From the NCBI GenBank assembly GCA_026025795.1, contig JAPEUG010000169.1, forward strand, positions 1-34,641: a stretch of DNA of 34,641 nucleotides, written 5' to 3'. The stretch comes from Thelocarpon superellum (taxonomy: Eukaryota). Below the pieces are notes generated by a model, which worked only from the letters and a program-made list of their open reading frames with translations, was not told the origin of the DNA and did no database searches. The translations under genes were made by a program, and so were the position numbers. Shown here piece by piece: positions 21,980-32,960 of this stretch (within the stretch, counting starts at the first letter, position 1; each line of letters begins with the position of its first letter).

Positions 21980-24974
21980 ATGGCGTACGTGAAAAAGGAC
22001 GAGGATATCCAGGATGCCGTCGTCCGGGTGGACCGTACCTCGGTCTTCCAGGAAGGTAAGCACCACCACGCTCCAAAAGTCATGCCCTCTCTAAAATGCC
22101 CCTCTCTCCGCCACAGCCCGTCTCTTCAATTCCTCCCCCATCTCGCCCCGACGATGTCGCATCCTCCTCACCAAGATCGCCCTCCTCCTCTTCACCGGCG
22201 AGACCTTCCCAACCAACGAGGCCACCTCGCTCTTCTTTGGCATCTCCAAGCTCTTCCAGAACAAAGATGCCAGCCTGCGCCAGATGGTCTATCTCGTCAT
22301 CAAGGAGCTGGCCACCACGGCCGAGGATGTCATCATGGTCACCAGCAGCATCATGAAAGACACCGCCGTCGGGAGCGACGTGCTCTATCGCGCCAACGCC
22401 ATCCGCGCCCTCTGTCGCATCATCGACGCCTCCACCGTCCAGGCCATCGAGCGCTTGATCAAGACGGCCATCGTCGACAAGACGCCCTCGGTGGCCTCCG
22501 CCGCCCTGGTCTCCTCCTACCACCTGCTCCCCATCGCCCGCGACGTGGTGCGTCGATGGCAGTCCGAGACGCAAGAGGCCGCCTCCGCCTCGAAGACGTC
22601 CGCCACCTTTTCTCTGGGATTCGCCGGCGCCGGCTCCCAGCACTCCCTTGCCACGGCGAACACCAACTACATGACGCAGTACCATGCCATCGGCCTGCTC
22701 TATCAAATGCGCGCCCACGACCACATGTCGCTCGTCAAGATGGTGCAACAGTTCAGCGTCGCCGGCGCCGTCAAAAGCCCGGCCGGGGTGGTGATGCTGG
22801 TCCGATTGGCGGCCAAGCTGGCGGACGATCAGCCCAGCCTGCGGAAACCCATGGCCCAGCTCCTCGATGGCTGGCTACGGCACAAGAGCGAGATGGTCAA
22901 CTTTGAAGCGGCCAAGGCCATCGGCGACCTGCCCGACGTTACCGACGCCGAGATTTCCCAGGCCGTGCATGTGCTGCAACTCTTCCTGACCTCGCCGCGC
23001 GCCGTCACCAAATTTGCCGCCATCCGCATCCTGCACACCTTTGCCACGTTCAAGCCCGACGCCGTCCGCAGCTGTAACCATGACATCGAGATGCTCATCA
23101 CCAACGCCAACCGCTCCGTCGCCACCCTGGCCATCACCACCCTCCTCAAGACGGGCAACGAGGCCAGCGTCGATCGGCTCATGAAGCAGATCGCCGGCTT
23201 CATGGCGGACATTACGGACGAGTTCAAGGTCACCATCGTCCAAGCCGTGCGCACCCTGTGCATCAAGTTCCCCAACAAGCAGGCCGGCATGCTCGCCTTC
23301 TTGAGCGGCATCCTCCGCGACGAGGGCGGCTACGAGTTCAAACGCAGCGTCGTCGAGAGCATGTTCGATCTCATCAAGTTCGTCCCCGAGAGCAAGGAGG
23401 ACGCGCTGGCCCACCTCTGCGAGTTCATCGAGGACTGCGAATTCACCAAGCTGGCCGTGCGCATCCTGCATCTCCTCGGCGTCGAGGGCCCCAAGACGAC
23501 GCAGCCGACCAAGTACATCCGCTACATCTACAACCGCGTCGTCTTGGAGAATGCCGTGGTGCGCGCCGCCGCCGTCACCGCGCTCGCCAAATTTGGCGTG
23601 GGCCAGACGGATGCGGAGGTCAAGGCGAGCGTGAACGTGCTCTTGACCCGCTGTCTCGATGATACCGACGACGAGGTGCGCGACCGCGCCGCGCTCAGCC
23701 TCCGCTTGATGACGGAGGAGGATGACATGGCCAACCGCTTCATCCACAACGGTAGCGCTCCCCCCTCGGACGGCCTCACGGCGGCGCGTCGGCTGACATT
23801 GGCAGATTCCATGTTCTCCCTCCCCGTCTTCGAACACCAGCTGGTCATGTACGTGACGGCCGATGATAAGCAGACCTTCACCACTCCCTTTGACATCTCC
23901 GCCATTCCCATCGTCACTCGCGCCCAAGCCGACGCGGAGGACCGCACGAAGAAGCTGACCACGGCCACACCGACGCTCAAAGCGCCCAGCACCGGCCCCA
24001 AGAAGACGACGCCCGCCACGGGCGCCGAGGCGCTCGAGTCGGCCACGGCGGCGACGCAGAAATATGCCCAGCAGCTGGCCCAGATCCCCGAGATCCGACC
24101 GTACGGCGCGCTGCTCCGGTCATCGGCCGTGGTGGAGCTGACGGAGCTGGAGACGGAGTACGTGGTGAGCGTGGTCAAGCATATCTTCAAGGACCATGTC
24201 GTCTTGCAATACGACATCAAAAACACCCTGCCCAATACCACGCTCGAGGACGTCTCCGTCGTTGCCACCCCGGCCGACGACGACGGGGAGGCGGCGCTGG
24301 ACGAAGATTTCACCATCCCCGTGGCCAAGCTCGTCACCGACGACCCCGGCACGACGTACGTCGCCTTCAAAAAGGTGCAGGGCGAGCCGTCCTTTGCCAC
24401 CAGCACCTTCACCAACGTGCTGAAGTTCACCCTCAAAGAGAGCGACCCGACGACGGGCGAGCAGGACGAGGAGGGATACGAGGACGAGTACGAGGTGGAA
24501 GATCTCGAGCTGAATGCCAGCGATTACGTCGTGCCGGCGTTTGTCGGCAGCTTCAACCACGTGTGGGAGCAGGTGGGCGCCGCGGGCGAAGCAGCCGAGG
24601 AGACGTTACAACTGAGTGACGCGAAGAGCATCGCAGGTGAGCTTCGATTTCCACACTACCTGTCTCCTGCCTTTGGCCTTCCGTCCTCCACCTTCCGGCC
24701 ATCTGTCCTCCCTGGACACCCGAAAACTAACCTTCTCCTAGATGCCACCGAACGCTTAATAAAGACCATGTCGTTACAGCCGCTCGAAGGAACCGATGTG
24801 CCGGTCAACACCAGCACGCATACCTTGAAACTATACGGGAAAACGACGTCAGGGGGACGGGTGGCAGCCATGATCAAGATGGCCTATTCCGCCAAGACGG
24901 GCGTCACGACCAAGGTGTCGGTCCGAAGCGAAGAGGAAGGATTTGCGGCGTTGATGATTGGGACGATTGCGTAG
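21980..24974 (+). CDS. SEC21: Coatomer (COPI) subunit gamma
   Basis: Exons 21980-22055, 22117-23751, 23806-24636, 24742-24974 (2775 nt). Motifs FQEARLFN, LFFGISKLFQNKD, YRANAIRALCRI, HLCEFIEDCEF, YIYNRVVLEN, ETEYVV. Confidence 0.97.
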
Positions 24975-25332
24975 TTGCGACTTGCGACTTGCGGAGATGC
25001 CATTTGCCTGAACGCTGAAAGGATAAAGGGGAAAGGAGATTGATTGCGCATTGCGTCGAGATATGTAGTCATCATGTTCTACCGAATGAAAGTGGAGTAG
25101 TTACAACGAGGAGCACCGTCTTAGAAGGCTGCGATTCTCCCTGCAGGCGAACCTTGTACCCAGATTATGTATGGTGAGTGAAAGTACTATAAGAGGTGGG
25201 GAATTTCCATATTTCGTGGTTGGATGGTTTCATGGAGCGTCACCCTCCTCGGTTTGTTCGGTCGCTCCGTAACGAACTTGACGAGGCACATGAGGTTCCC
25301 TCCGTACGCGGCAGCCAAAACGCAGTCCACCC

Positions 25333-25340
25333 AACCCTAA
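25333..25340 (+). promoter_or_regulatory. AACCCTAA (TTAGGG, Tbf1/telobox-like) motif upstream of RPS27
   Basis: Seen ~270 bp upstream of the RPS27 ATG. TTAGGG-type elements are known in ribosomal-protein promoters of non-Saccharomyces ascomycetes, but a single short match could be chance. Confidence 0.35.
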
Positions 25341-25603
25341 TCGTAACTGGAGCTCCAGACTCCTGCGTCGCCTAACCGACGAGTGAAGTCGTCTGAGTCA
25401 TCGGCTCACACGACCCCCCTCACCGCTGACCGTCGGCAAAGCAAAATCTTTCAACCCTCGAACTGCAAGCCTCGCCCCTTTGACGGATTAGCCGTGACAT
25501 TTCTACTCACTTCATCGATCCAGACATCTCTGCCACTCTGCTCGACACTCGTCGCCGATAGACCCCAACAAACTCATCCTCGACATCCGTCCAACCTTTC
25601 ACA

Positions 25604-26123
25604 ATGGTACGTTGCGTGGCCCGTTCGTTGATGTCGACCCGTCCACCGCAGGAAAGGGCAGTCTGTCACCTGTCAAAGGAATTGCCCTGGCTGCTGGTGC
25701 TGGGCCCTTTACTGGTTACTCATCATGTGGAATCGCCTTGAAAGGAGTCCAACAACGACGCTTTGTCGCGTTGAAAGGAGACGACGCTGACTCTTTCCTC
25801 TCTCCTACCAGGTTCTCGCCATCGATCTATTGAATCCAACGCCTCAGGCGGAGGCACGCAAGCACAAATTGAAGGTGAGTTGAAAGTGCCTGCCACTCCG
25901 CTCTTTCATTCATCTAATCAATCTCATTCCTTTTCCATAGACTCTGGTCCCGGCCCCGCGATCCTTCTTCATGGACGTCAAATGCCCCGGCTGCTTCACC
26001 ATCACGACCGTCTTCTCGCATGCCCAAACCGTGGTCATCTGTGCTGGCTGCTCGACGGTCTTGTGCCAGCCGACGGGAGGAAAGGCGAGATTGACAGAGG
26101 GATGTTCGTTCCGGCGAAAGTGA
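25604..26123 (+). CDS. RPS27: 40S ribosomal protein S27 (eS27)
   Basis: Exons 25604-25606 (ATG only), 25812-25874, 25941-26123 give 82 aa: [60 protein letters not shown]. Missed by the ORF track. Confidence 0.97.
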
Positions 26124-26193
26124 GGGGGGTAGGGGAAGAGGGGAATGGACCGTGCGGGTTACGAATGACACATAGACTGCGATGGACCGGGGG

Positions 26194-26236
26194 AGACGGG
26201 ACGGGACGGGACGAGATGAGGTGAGGTGAGATGAGA
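26194..26236. repeat. Pentamer microsatellites (GACGG)n and (GAGRT)n downstream of RPS27
   Basis: gacgg gacgg gacgg gacga gatga ggtga ggtga gatga read directly. Confidence 0.75.
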
Positions 26237-26688
26237 CGCATCTCGCTCGACTCCACTCGACCTACGACGTACCTACGTACCTGTGTGGGCACGACATGTC
26301 TGCATAGGAAGTGACGCGATACAACGCGATGCAAAGCAAATGGGAAGGGCAGAGGGCAACGGGAGAGGTTCTTGTGTAGTTGCCCTAATACCTCTGCGTG
26401 CATACATGTCATGTCAGGTACTAGGTCGTGGGTTGAATGGAATGGAATAGAACGAATTCACATACCACACGTCCTGTCTTGTCCATCATCACCACCGTAC
26501 GATTTACAGTCTACAACGTCGGATATCTGGACGTCTCTTTGAACAGTCAGTCAGTCCGTTGGTGACTGAATAGCTCACTTCATGCCAAGGATCGAGAAAA
26601 GAGGAAAGAGGAATGAGGAGAGAACCCGCCTACTCCACCTCCTTGTCCACCCCACTGTAGCCGTCACCGTGAATATCATGGCACGCTC

Positions 26689-26731
26689 CCTGCCTACCTG
26701 CCTACCTGCCTACCTGCATACCTACCTACCC
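26689..26731. repeat. (CCTR)n tetranucleotide microsatellite downstream of the bZIP gene
   Basis: cctgcctacctgcctacctgcctacctgcatacctacctacc read directly. Confidence 0.8.
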
Positions 26732-26864
26732 ACCCGGGGGAGATACGAGACAGGTAAAGGCTATCGCAAGCGGCTGGACAACGAGCCGGTCGAAGGAGAA
26801 AGAGGAGCAGAAGAAGAAGCAGAGGGAGAAGAGACGATGGAACCAACCCGGTCAAGCCAACTCG

Positions 26865-27919
26865 CTAAATCAGCTCGTCACTCCCCGAGGCAGCAGAAGC
26901 GTGCAACGCCTTGCGAATCTCCGTCTCCTCAAACGAGGGCCCGTGGCCATCACACTTGGCTTTATTCTTCAGCCGGTCCGTGATGTCCGCAATGTCAATC
27001 AGACCGCGTCGGAACAAGTCGTGGCCTACGATGTAGTCCCATGTGGCGCCGGCGCCGAGGAGTCGCTCGCCCGTGGTGGGAGACACGGAGATGTGATGGC
27101 TTGGGGAGGCGGCGTCGACGCCGCCGTGCGAGTGGAGCACGCCGGAGTAGAAGTCCGTCGGGGAGTATTTCTGCGGCCCTGTTGTGACGGGTGCGGCGGA
27201 GGCTGGTGTGCCGTTGGAGCCGGCAGCCTGGGATGCTGCTGCGGCGGCGGCGGCTGCGGGGACGGCCGTCGCGCGGAGTATCTCGTTCTCGGTCGCGAGT
27301 TTCTCGACTTCGTGCTTCAGTCGCTCGTTGTCGCTCAGCAGGCCCGTCGACTTTGCTTCGAGTGTGTTGAGCTTCGTCTCGACTTCTTTCAGGTATCGGT
27401 CTTTTCGTTCGCGGAAGGCTCGTTGGCTGGGGAAGATGTTGTCAGTGATTCATGGGTGGATAGATCCGGGAGGGTGGATGGCCGCCTACGCTGCTCGGTT
27501 CTGCGCTTTTCGTCGCGACTTGGCGGGCGTCAAGGCCTCCTTGTCTTCGCTGCTACTTCGATTTTGCGGTTCTTGGTCGTCGAGCTGCCCCTCGCCTTCG
27601 CCACTGTTGCGGGGGATGCCGTTGGCGTTTTGCGGTATTGAGTCAGGCGAGTGGAGGGGCGGGGTAATGCCGTTGGGGTTGGCGTTGAAATGTGCCCCCA
27701 ATGGATCCAACACTTGACCTTTGGACATGTTGAATTGCTAATGACGGGTGAGCTCTTCCACCGAGTGCTAAAGCTACTTCAAGTCCTGTCACCTACATTT
27801 GGCGAGCCGTTGCTGTACGATTCCTCCGACGTGTTCCGGTTCGTGGCATCCGGGGTAGGTGGCAGAGCTAGGAAATCGTACGACTGAGGGGCGGCGATAT
27901 TCAGGTACGAGTAGTCCAT
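26865..27919 (-). CDS. AP-1/Yap-family bZIP transcription factor (Fcr3-like)
   Basis: Exons 27919-27797, 27737-27490, 27426-26865 (933 nt). Basic region KSRRKAQNRAAQRAFRERK, leucine zipper, and C-terminal GERLLGAGATWDYI..AKCDGHGP..SGSDELI. Confidence 0.9.
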
Positions 27920-28723
27920 GGCGAGGGGTCTTGATGAAGGACGATCTTGATAGCGATTGTGAGGGCCTTCCGATTGCCAGGATGCTCGGTGCTCGGGGAA
28001 AAGGCCTCGACTCGTTGAGGATGGGCACGAGGCAGCAGCCGTTCGGGGGGCAATGCGCCGACTTGACCCTGGAAGTCGTGATGCAATGACTGGGTCCAGG
28101 AACGTGTCGGGCCACAAGCTTCAGTCAAGAGCAGGCACGGGCGGGATTCGAACGTGGGAGCCCTCCGCTCGTGGCGTGATGTCGACTGGTGGCATCAGAA
28201 CGGCTCCCAGGCTCGCCTCTCCCCTCCCTACACTCTAGTCTCGTCTGCGGGGGCCGTTCGGCATCTTCCGGCCATCCGCATGCGGTGTTTGCTGCAAGGC
28301 GCTGCCGGTGTGCTGCGTTATGGCGCATAGCGCCGTTACTCCCGTTCCTCCGGTTAGCCTCGTTGCGGCAACGTTACCGACGGCCGCCATGCGCATCACC
28401 TCCAACCCCGGCCCCCCCGATCACGACGATCACGGGCGAACAGGTTCGGACCGCACGTCGTCGAGCTGATGATTGGAGGTCTGAGTACGTGTCGCGGCCA
28501 TCTAGGATCTATGATGGACCACGCGGAGCAGCAATACGGACACTGGGGCATTGGAGAGGCCGTTTCTTCCGTACAAAGCAGCGAACCGAGTCGGATCGTG
28601 GGAAGCGTCCCAGCTCCGCCCTACATCACTCCGAGCGCCCAGATCTATGAATTGTACACTCGGTTCCAAGCCAAACCGATTGCAGCCCCAACCAGATGCA
28701 AAGCCGCAACAGGAAAACGAAAG

Positions 28724-30085
28724 CTAGAACGAGACCTTGGCGGAAATCTCTCCCGCAACATCGGCCATGGCGGTCTGGTGCTTGCTCGCCCGCTTCTTGA
28801 GCACGTTCTCGATAAAGGCCTCGCCCGCCTTGTACGAGCTGCGGACCAACGGTCCACTGGCGCAATACAAGAAGCCCAGGTCGAGCGCGCGCTGTCGCCA
28901 CATGTCAAAGACGGCGGGCGTGATGTACTCGTCCACCTTCATGTGTCGTTTGGTGGGTCGCATGTACTGGCCAAAGGTCACGACATCCACGTCTATCTTC
29001 CGCAGCTCTGCGCGGCGTCAGTGACTATTCACGGCCTCGATCGGACGGCTGCATACCACGAAGCGCCTCCCAGAGCTGCTCCTCCGTCTCCCCGAGACCG
29101 AGCATGATGCTCGTCTTGGTGATCAGGCCCTCTTTTGCACGCTTCGCCGCGGCCAAGACCTGCAGGCTCTGTCGAAAGTTGGCCCGTCGGTCTCGGACCT
29201 GAGGCGTGAGTGCCTCGACGGTCTCGACGTTATGTGCGTACACGTCCAATCCACTCTGCGCCACCACCTTGACCATGTCTAGGTCACCAGCGTAGTCGCC
29301 CGTCAACGCCTCGACCAGCATCGTCGGCGCTTTCTGTTTGATCTTGCCAATGGTCTCGGCAAAATGGTGGGCACCTCCGTCCGCCAAGTCATCTCGGTCG
29401 ACGGAGGTGAGCACGACATATCCCAGGCCCCATCGCGACAGGGCCTCGGCCGTGTGCTCGGGCTCATGAGGATCGAGGGGGGGCGGGGCATTGGAGGTCT
29501 TGACGGAGCAAAAGCGACAGCCACGGGTACACGTGTCGCCCATCAGCATGATGGTCGCCGTGGCGGCCGACTTGTCCGAGCCGCCCCAGCAGTCGGAAAT
29601 GTTGGGACATCGCGCTTCTTCACACACTGCAAGGGGCATGCGTCAGCTGTCAGCGTCACGCAGCACGCAGCACGCAGCACGCCATGAGCCCTACCGGTGT
29701 GCAGATTGAGGCCCCGAAGGTCATTCTTGATCTTCTTGTAGTTTTCTCCCACCGGGACCGGCGTCTTGAGCCATTCGGGTAGTCGCGTCATCTCCCTCTT
29801 GTTCCCCTTGGGTCCCACCATGGCCGTCTTCAATTCCAAGGCATCTTCCGGCGTAAGTGCTTGTTCGATTCCGGACCGACCGGTGACGAATTCTTCGAAA
29901 GATGGCCCGGACTTGACCTGCGCATGGAATGTCGTCCGTCGTCGCGGCCTAGAGGATTGATCTGGGGGTGTATCCGAGGTGGCGGTAGCAAAGGCTCGTG
30001 AGGTGGCGAGTGGACCGAGCCGTCGTCCTTCCAACCATCTCGACGGATGGACGAGACACGTCCGGCATCTTGCAGCCGTAGCCAT
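28724..30085 (-). CDS. LIP5: Mitochondrial lipoyl synthase (radical SAM)
   Basis: Exons 30085-29695, 29626-29057, 29007-28724 (1245 nt). Motifs [49 protein letters not shown]. Confidence 0.97.
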
Positions 30086-30375
30086 TGAGAGCCGTCACCG
30101 GAGAGAGGGTGAGGGAGAATCAAGGGTCGGGACCGGGGGATAAGAATGACGGTGGGATGTCACTGTCGACTGTCGAGCGTTGGACAGTGAAGACGCTGTT
30201 GCTGCAGCATGACATAATCCATCGGCGCGACCGTGGAAAGTCACGTTCGCCCACTTGAGTGGGAGCTCAAGCTCAATCCGAGCGGCGTGTCACTGATGGC
30301 AATGAGCTGCACAGTAGCTCCATCATGACATACGACTGTTCGAGAGGCATTGGGCCAGACGCCTAGCTCTAGATC
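30086..30375. promoter_or_regulatory. Probable bidirectional promoter shared by LIP5 and RSM22
   Basis: Only 290 bp separate the divergent start codons (30085 on minus, 30376 on plus). Confidence 0.6.
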
Positions 30376-32751
30376 ATGTTCAAACCGAAGCAGACGGCCT
30401 CCACGAGCTGCATCACCTGCAGGCTTCGTCGATTGCAATCCCTCCATAGCCATGCGCGGACCCAGCTCTCTCGGAGACCTGCCCCGTCCAACCCCATCGG
30501 CCATCGGCGTTTCCTTCATTCGACACGACCGGCTCGGAGTGCCGCCGCTGGAGATGTCTTCCATTCACCCACCACCTCATCCGCAGCAGAAGCCGAACAG
30601 GTTGCGCGTGTAGCCCGGCAGATGTATGGAGACACTCTGCCGGACAATCTCCTCTCCGTCGAGGAATACGCCATCTACGAACGACTCTACGGACCACCCA
30701 TACCCACCAAGCCGTCACATAGCGCAGAGGAGTCGGCGGTCGAGGAGGACTTGAAGGACGACAATGGCCGGAACGTGTGGTTTCGAGAGAGCGCCAAGGG
30801 CGTATTGGAAGCAGTGGAATGCGAAGCCGCTCAAGCTCATGATGCTGCCGTCGCATTCGAAGAAAATGGAGAAAGACGTGAATCGGAACAGGAGGATGGT
30901 ATCGAGGCGGACCCCGACAGACCTCGATTACATCCTTTCACGACCGCGGGCAGATTCTCCACCTTCCCCTCGACGCTTCAGCTTCCTGCGGCGACCTTTA
31001 CGGGACCAATCAACCACCTTCTCTCCAATGTCAGCAGCAGCCATGTGAAGCAAGCCGCAGAGGACATCTTTGGCGGCCCTGGTCTGCCGTTTTCGCCCGC
31101 CATTCCGCGCTCGAAACGTCTGCCGCCCCAGATGCCCGTGTCACTGCAGCGGCTGGATGGAAGGACGTTGAAGAGGATTGAAGCCGACGCCTATCTGGCC
31201 GCAGTGACGCCGGGAGCATATGCAGCGACGATGAGCGTCTTGGTCGAGACTCGCAAACGACTGGGCACTTCATGGCTGCGCGCTCTTCTGGGGAAGGAAG
31301 GCGGGGCCCGAGTCTTGGACGCGGGCGCCAAAGGAGCCGGCATCGTAGCCTGGAGGGAGATCGTCAAAGCGCACCACGAGGCGGCGGAAGACGTGAACGA
31401 CCTTGACGCAACGCCAGCCTACGGACAGGCCACTGTAGTATGCTCGTCCGAGACGCTTCGCGACGGCAGCAGTGTCTTCCTGGACAACACCACCTTTCTT
31501 CCTCGGCTCCCCGACTACCTCCACGCCGCGTCGGTACGAGAAGAGACGCGGAAGAAATACGACATCATCATCGCGCCCTATATGCTGTGGACGTTGAAGG
31601 AAGAGTTTCAGCGAAAGGAGCTGGTGGAGAAATTATGGTCGCTGCTCGACCCCCGCGGAGGAGTCCTGATCTTGATCGAGAAAGGCCTGCCACGAGGATT
31701 CGAAGCCATTGCCTCTGTGCGCGAACACTTATTAGGAAATCGCATCGTGTCGCCAGACCAGCCCAACGCGCCACTAGAACTGCAGCCACGCGCCGACCAA
31801 CCGTTGAAAGAGCCTGGCATGATCGTGGCCCCGTGCACCACGCACGCGAAATGTCCGATGTATCACGTTCCGGGGCTCACGCCGGGCCGGAAAGACTACT
31901 GCCACTTCTCGCAGCGCTTCATCCGGCCCTCCTACCTGCAACAAATCCTGGGCGCGAGCGATGTGAACCATGAAGATGTGAAGTTCAGCTACGTCGCCGT
32001 ACGCCGGGGTCGGGACGAACGGACGGAGGGGCTCGTACAAGGCGAGGCAGCCACAGACGCCGCCTTTGCCGGGCCAGACGAAGACCTCACCGACATCTCC
32101 CCACGCGACTCGGAGAAAGCTGACATCCACTCCCTCAGCCTACCGCGCTCCATCCTCCCGCCGCTCAAACGCCGCGGCCACGTGACGCTCGACCTTTGCA
32201 CGCCCGCGGGCCGCATCGAGCGGTGGACGGTGCCGCGGTCATTCAGCAAGCAAGCCTACCACGACGCGCGCAAGTCCAAGTGGGGCGACCTGTGGGCTTT
32301 GGGCGCCAAGACGCGCGTGCAGCGCAAAATTCGTCTGGGACGGGAGGAGCAGAAGCCCAACCGCGACCCCGACCGCGACGGGCGCAACTCCATCAACGAC
32401 GGCGAACGGGACAGGCACGAAGACGAGGAGGGGGCTGAGACGCACCGTCCACGCGCACAAAGCAGCAGCAGCAGCAGCGGCAGCAGCAACAGCAGCAGCA
32501 GCAACAGACGCGAGCGCCAACAGCGCGTGAAGAAGGGCAAAGACAGGAAGCGACGCGCATACGCATCCTCGTCTTCTCGCAAGAGCAGCACCGCGCAAGT
32601 GTACGAAGTATCGGTTGGAGACGGCGGTCAAATGGAGGCCGTGAGGCCGCTGCGCTCAAAGTACGAAGGCGCGGGTGCCGTGGCGCCTCGTCGGAATAAG
32701 AAAGGGCGGCGGGTCGAGGATATGGCGCCGCTTGATCTTGGCAGTGTGTAG
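30376..32751 (+). CDS. RSM22: Mitochondrial small-subunit assembly factor Rsm22 (METTL17 family, methyltransferase fold)
   Basis: 791-aa ORF with presequence-like N-terminus; GGVLILIEKGLPRGFEAI, IVAPCTTHAKCPM, CHFSQR, KFSYV, GHVTLDLCTPAGRIERWTVPRS, YHDARKSKWGDLW. Confidence 0.93.
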   Translation: MFKPKQTASTSCITCRLRRLQSLHSHARTQLSRRPAPSNPIGHRRFLHSTRPARSAAAGDVFHSPTTSSAAEAEQVARVARQMYGDTLPDNLLSVEEYAIYERLYGPPIPTKPSHSAEESAVEEDLKDDNGRNVWFRESAKGVLEAVECEAAQAHDAAVAFEENGERRESEQEDGIEADPDRPRLHPFTTAGRFSTFPSTLQLPAATFTGPINHLLSNVSSSHVKQAAEDIFGGPGLPFSPAIPRSKRLPPQMPVSLQRLDGRTLKRIEADAYLAAVTPGAYAATMSVLVETRKRLGTSWLRALLGKEGGARVLDAGAKGAGIVAWREIVKAHHEAAEDVNDLDATPAYGQATVVCSSETLRDGSSVFLDNTTFLPRLPDYLHAASVREETRKKYDIIIAPYMLWTLKEEFQRKELVEKLWSLLDPRGGVLILIEKGLPRGFEAIASVREHLLGNRIVSPDQPNAPLELQPRADQPLKEPGMIVAPCTTHAKCPMYHVPGLTPGRKDYCHFSQRFIRPSYLQQILGASDVNHEDVKFSYVAVRRGRDERTEGLVQGEAATDAAFAGPDEDLTDISPRDSEKADIHSLSLPRSILPPLKRRGHVTLDLCTPAGRIERWTVPRSFSKQAYHDARKSKWGDLWALGAKTRVQRKIRLGREEQKPNRDPDRDGRNSINDGERDRHEDEEGAETHRPRAQSSSSSSGSSNSSSSNRRERQQRVKKGKDRKRRAYASSSSRKSSTAQVYEVSVGDGGQMEAVRPLRSKYEGAGAVAPRRNKKGRRVEDMAPLDLGSV
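32461..32505 (+). repeat. (AGC)n coding microsatellite giving poly-Ser in the Rsm22 C-terminal tail
   Basis: Translates as SSSSSSGSSNSSSSN. Confidence 0.85.
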
Positions 32752-32960
32752 ATCTGAGCGATTGTAATGTAATGAACCGTTCTCAGCTCCGCTGTATTCT
32801 TGCTTGGTCCGTTGCGTTCCTAGGTATCTCGCGCAAAGTAAACCGAATCAACGAAGAACGCAGATAAATACAATGATGTACACGCTTCAGCCCCCCCCCC
32901 CCCAATGTCCCCTGGTTCCTCGCAACTGGTCTCCTCGCCCCCTTGCCCTCTCTCCATCGC

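Noticed and set aside
23752..24741. Stop-free in-frame introns in SEC21 (54 and 105 nt; also PLP2 60 nt and CK1 51 nt) as coding insertions
   Set aside because: They have canonical splice signals and interrupt conserved sequence; stop-free short introns are expected in GC-rich DNA.
28141..28158. GTTCGAATCCC (tRNA T-loop/B-box-like) on the minus strand
   Set aside because: The flanks do not form a T-stem and no cloverleaf can be built.
32890..32903. Poly-C run between the convergent RSM22 and CPT1 3' ends
   Set aside because: Simple homopolymer with no supporting structure.
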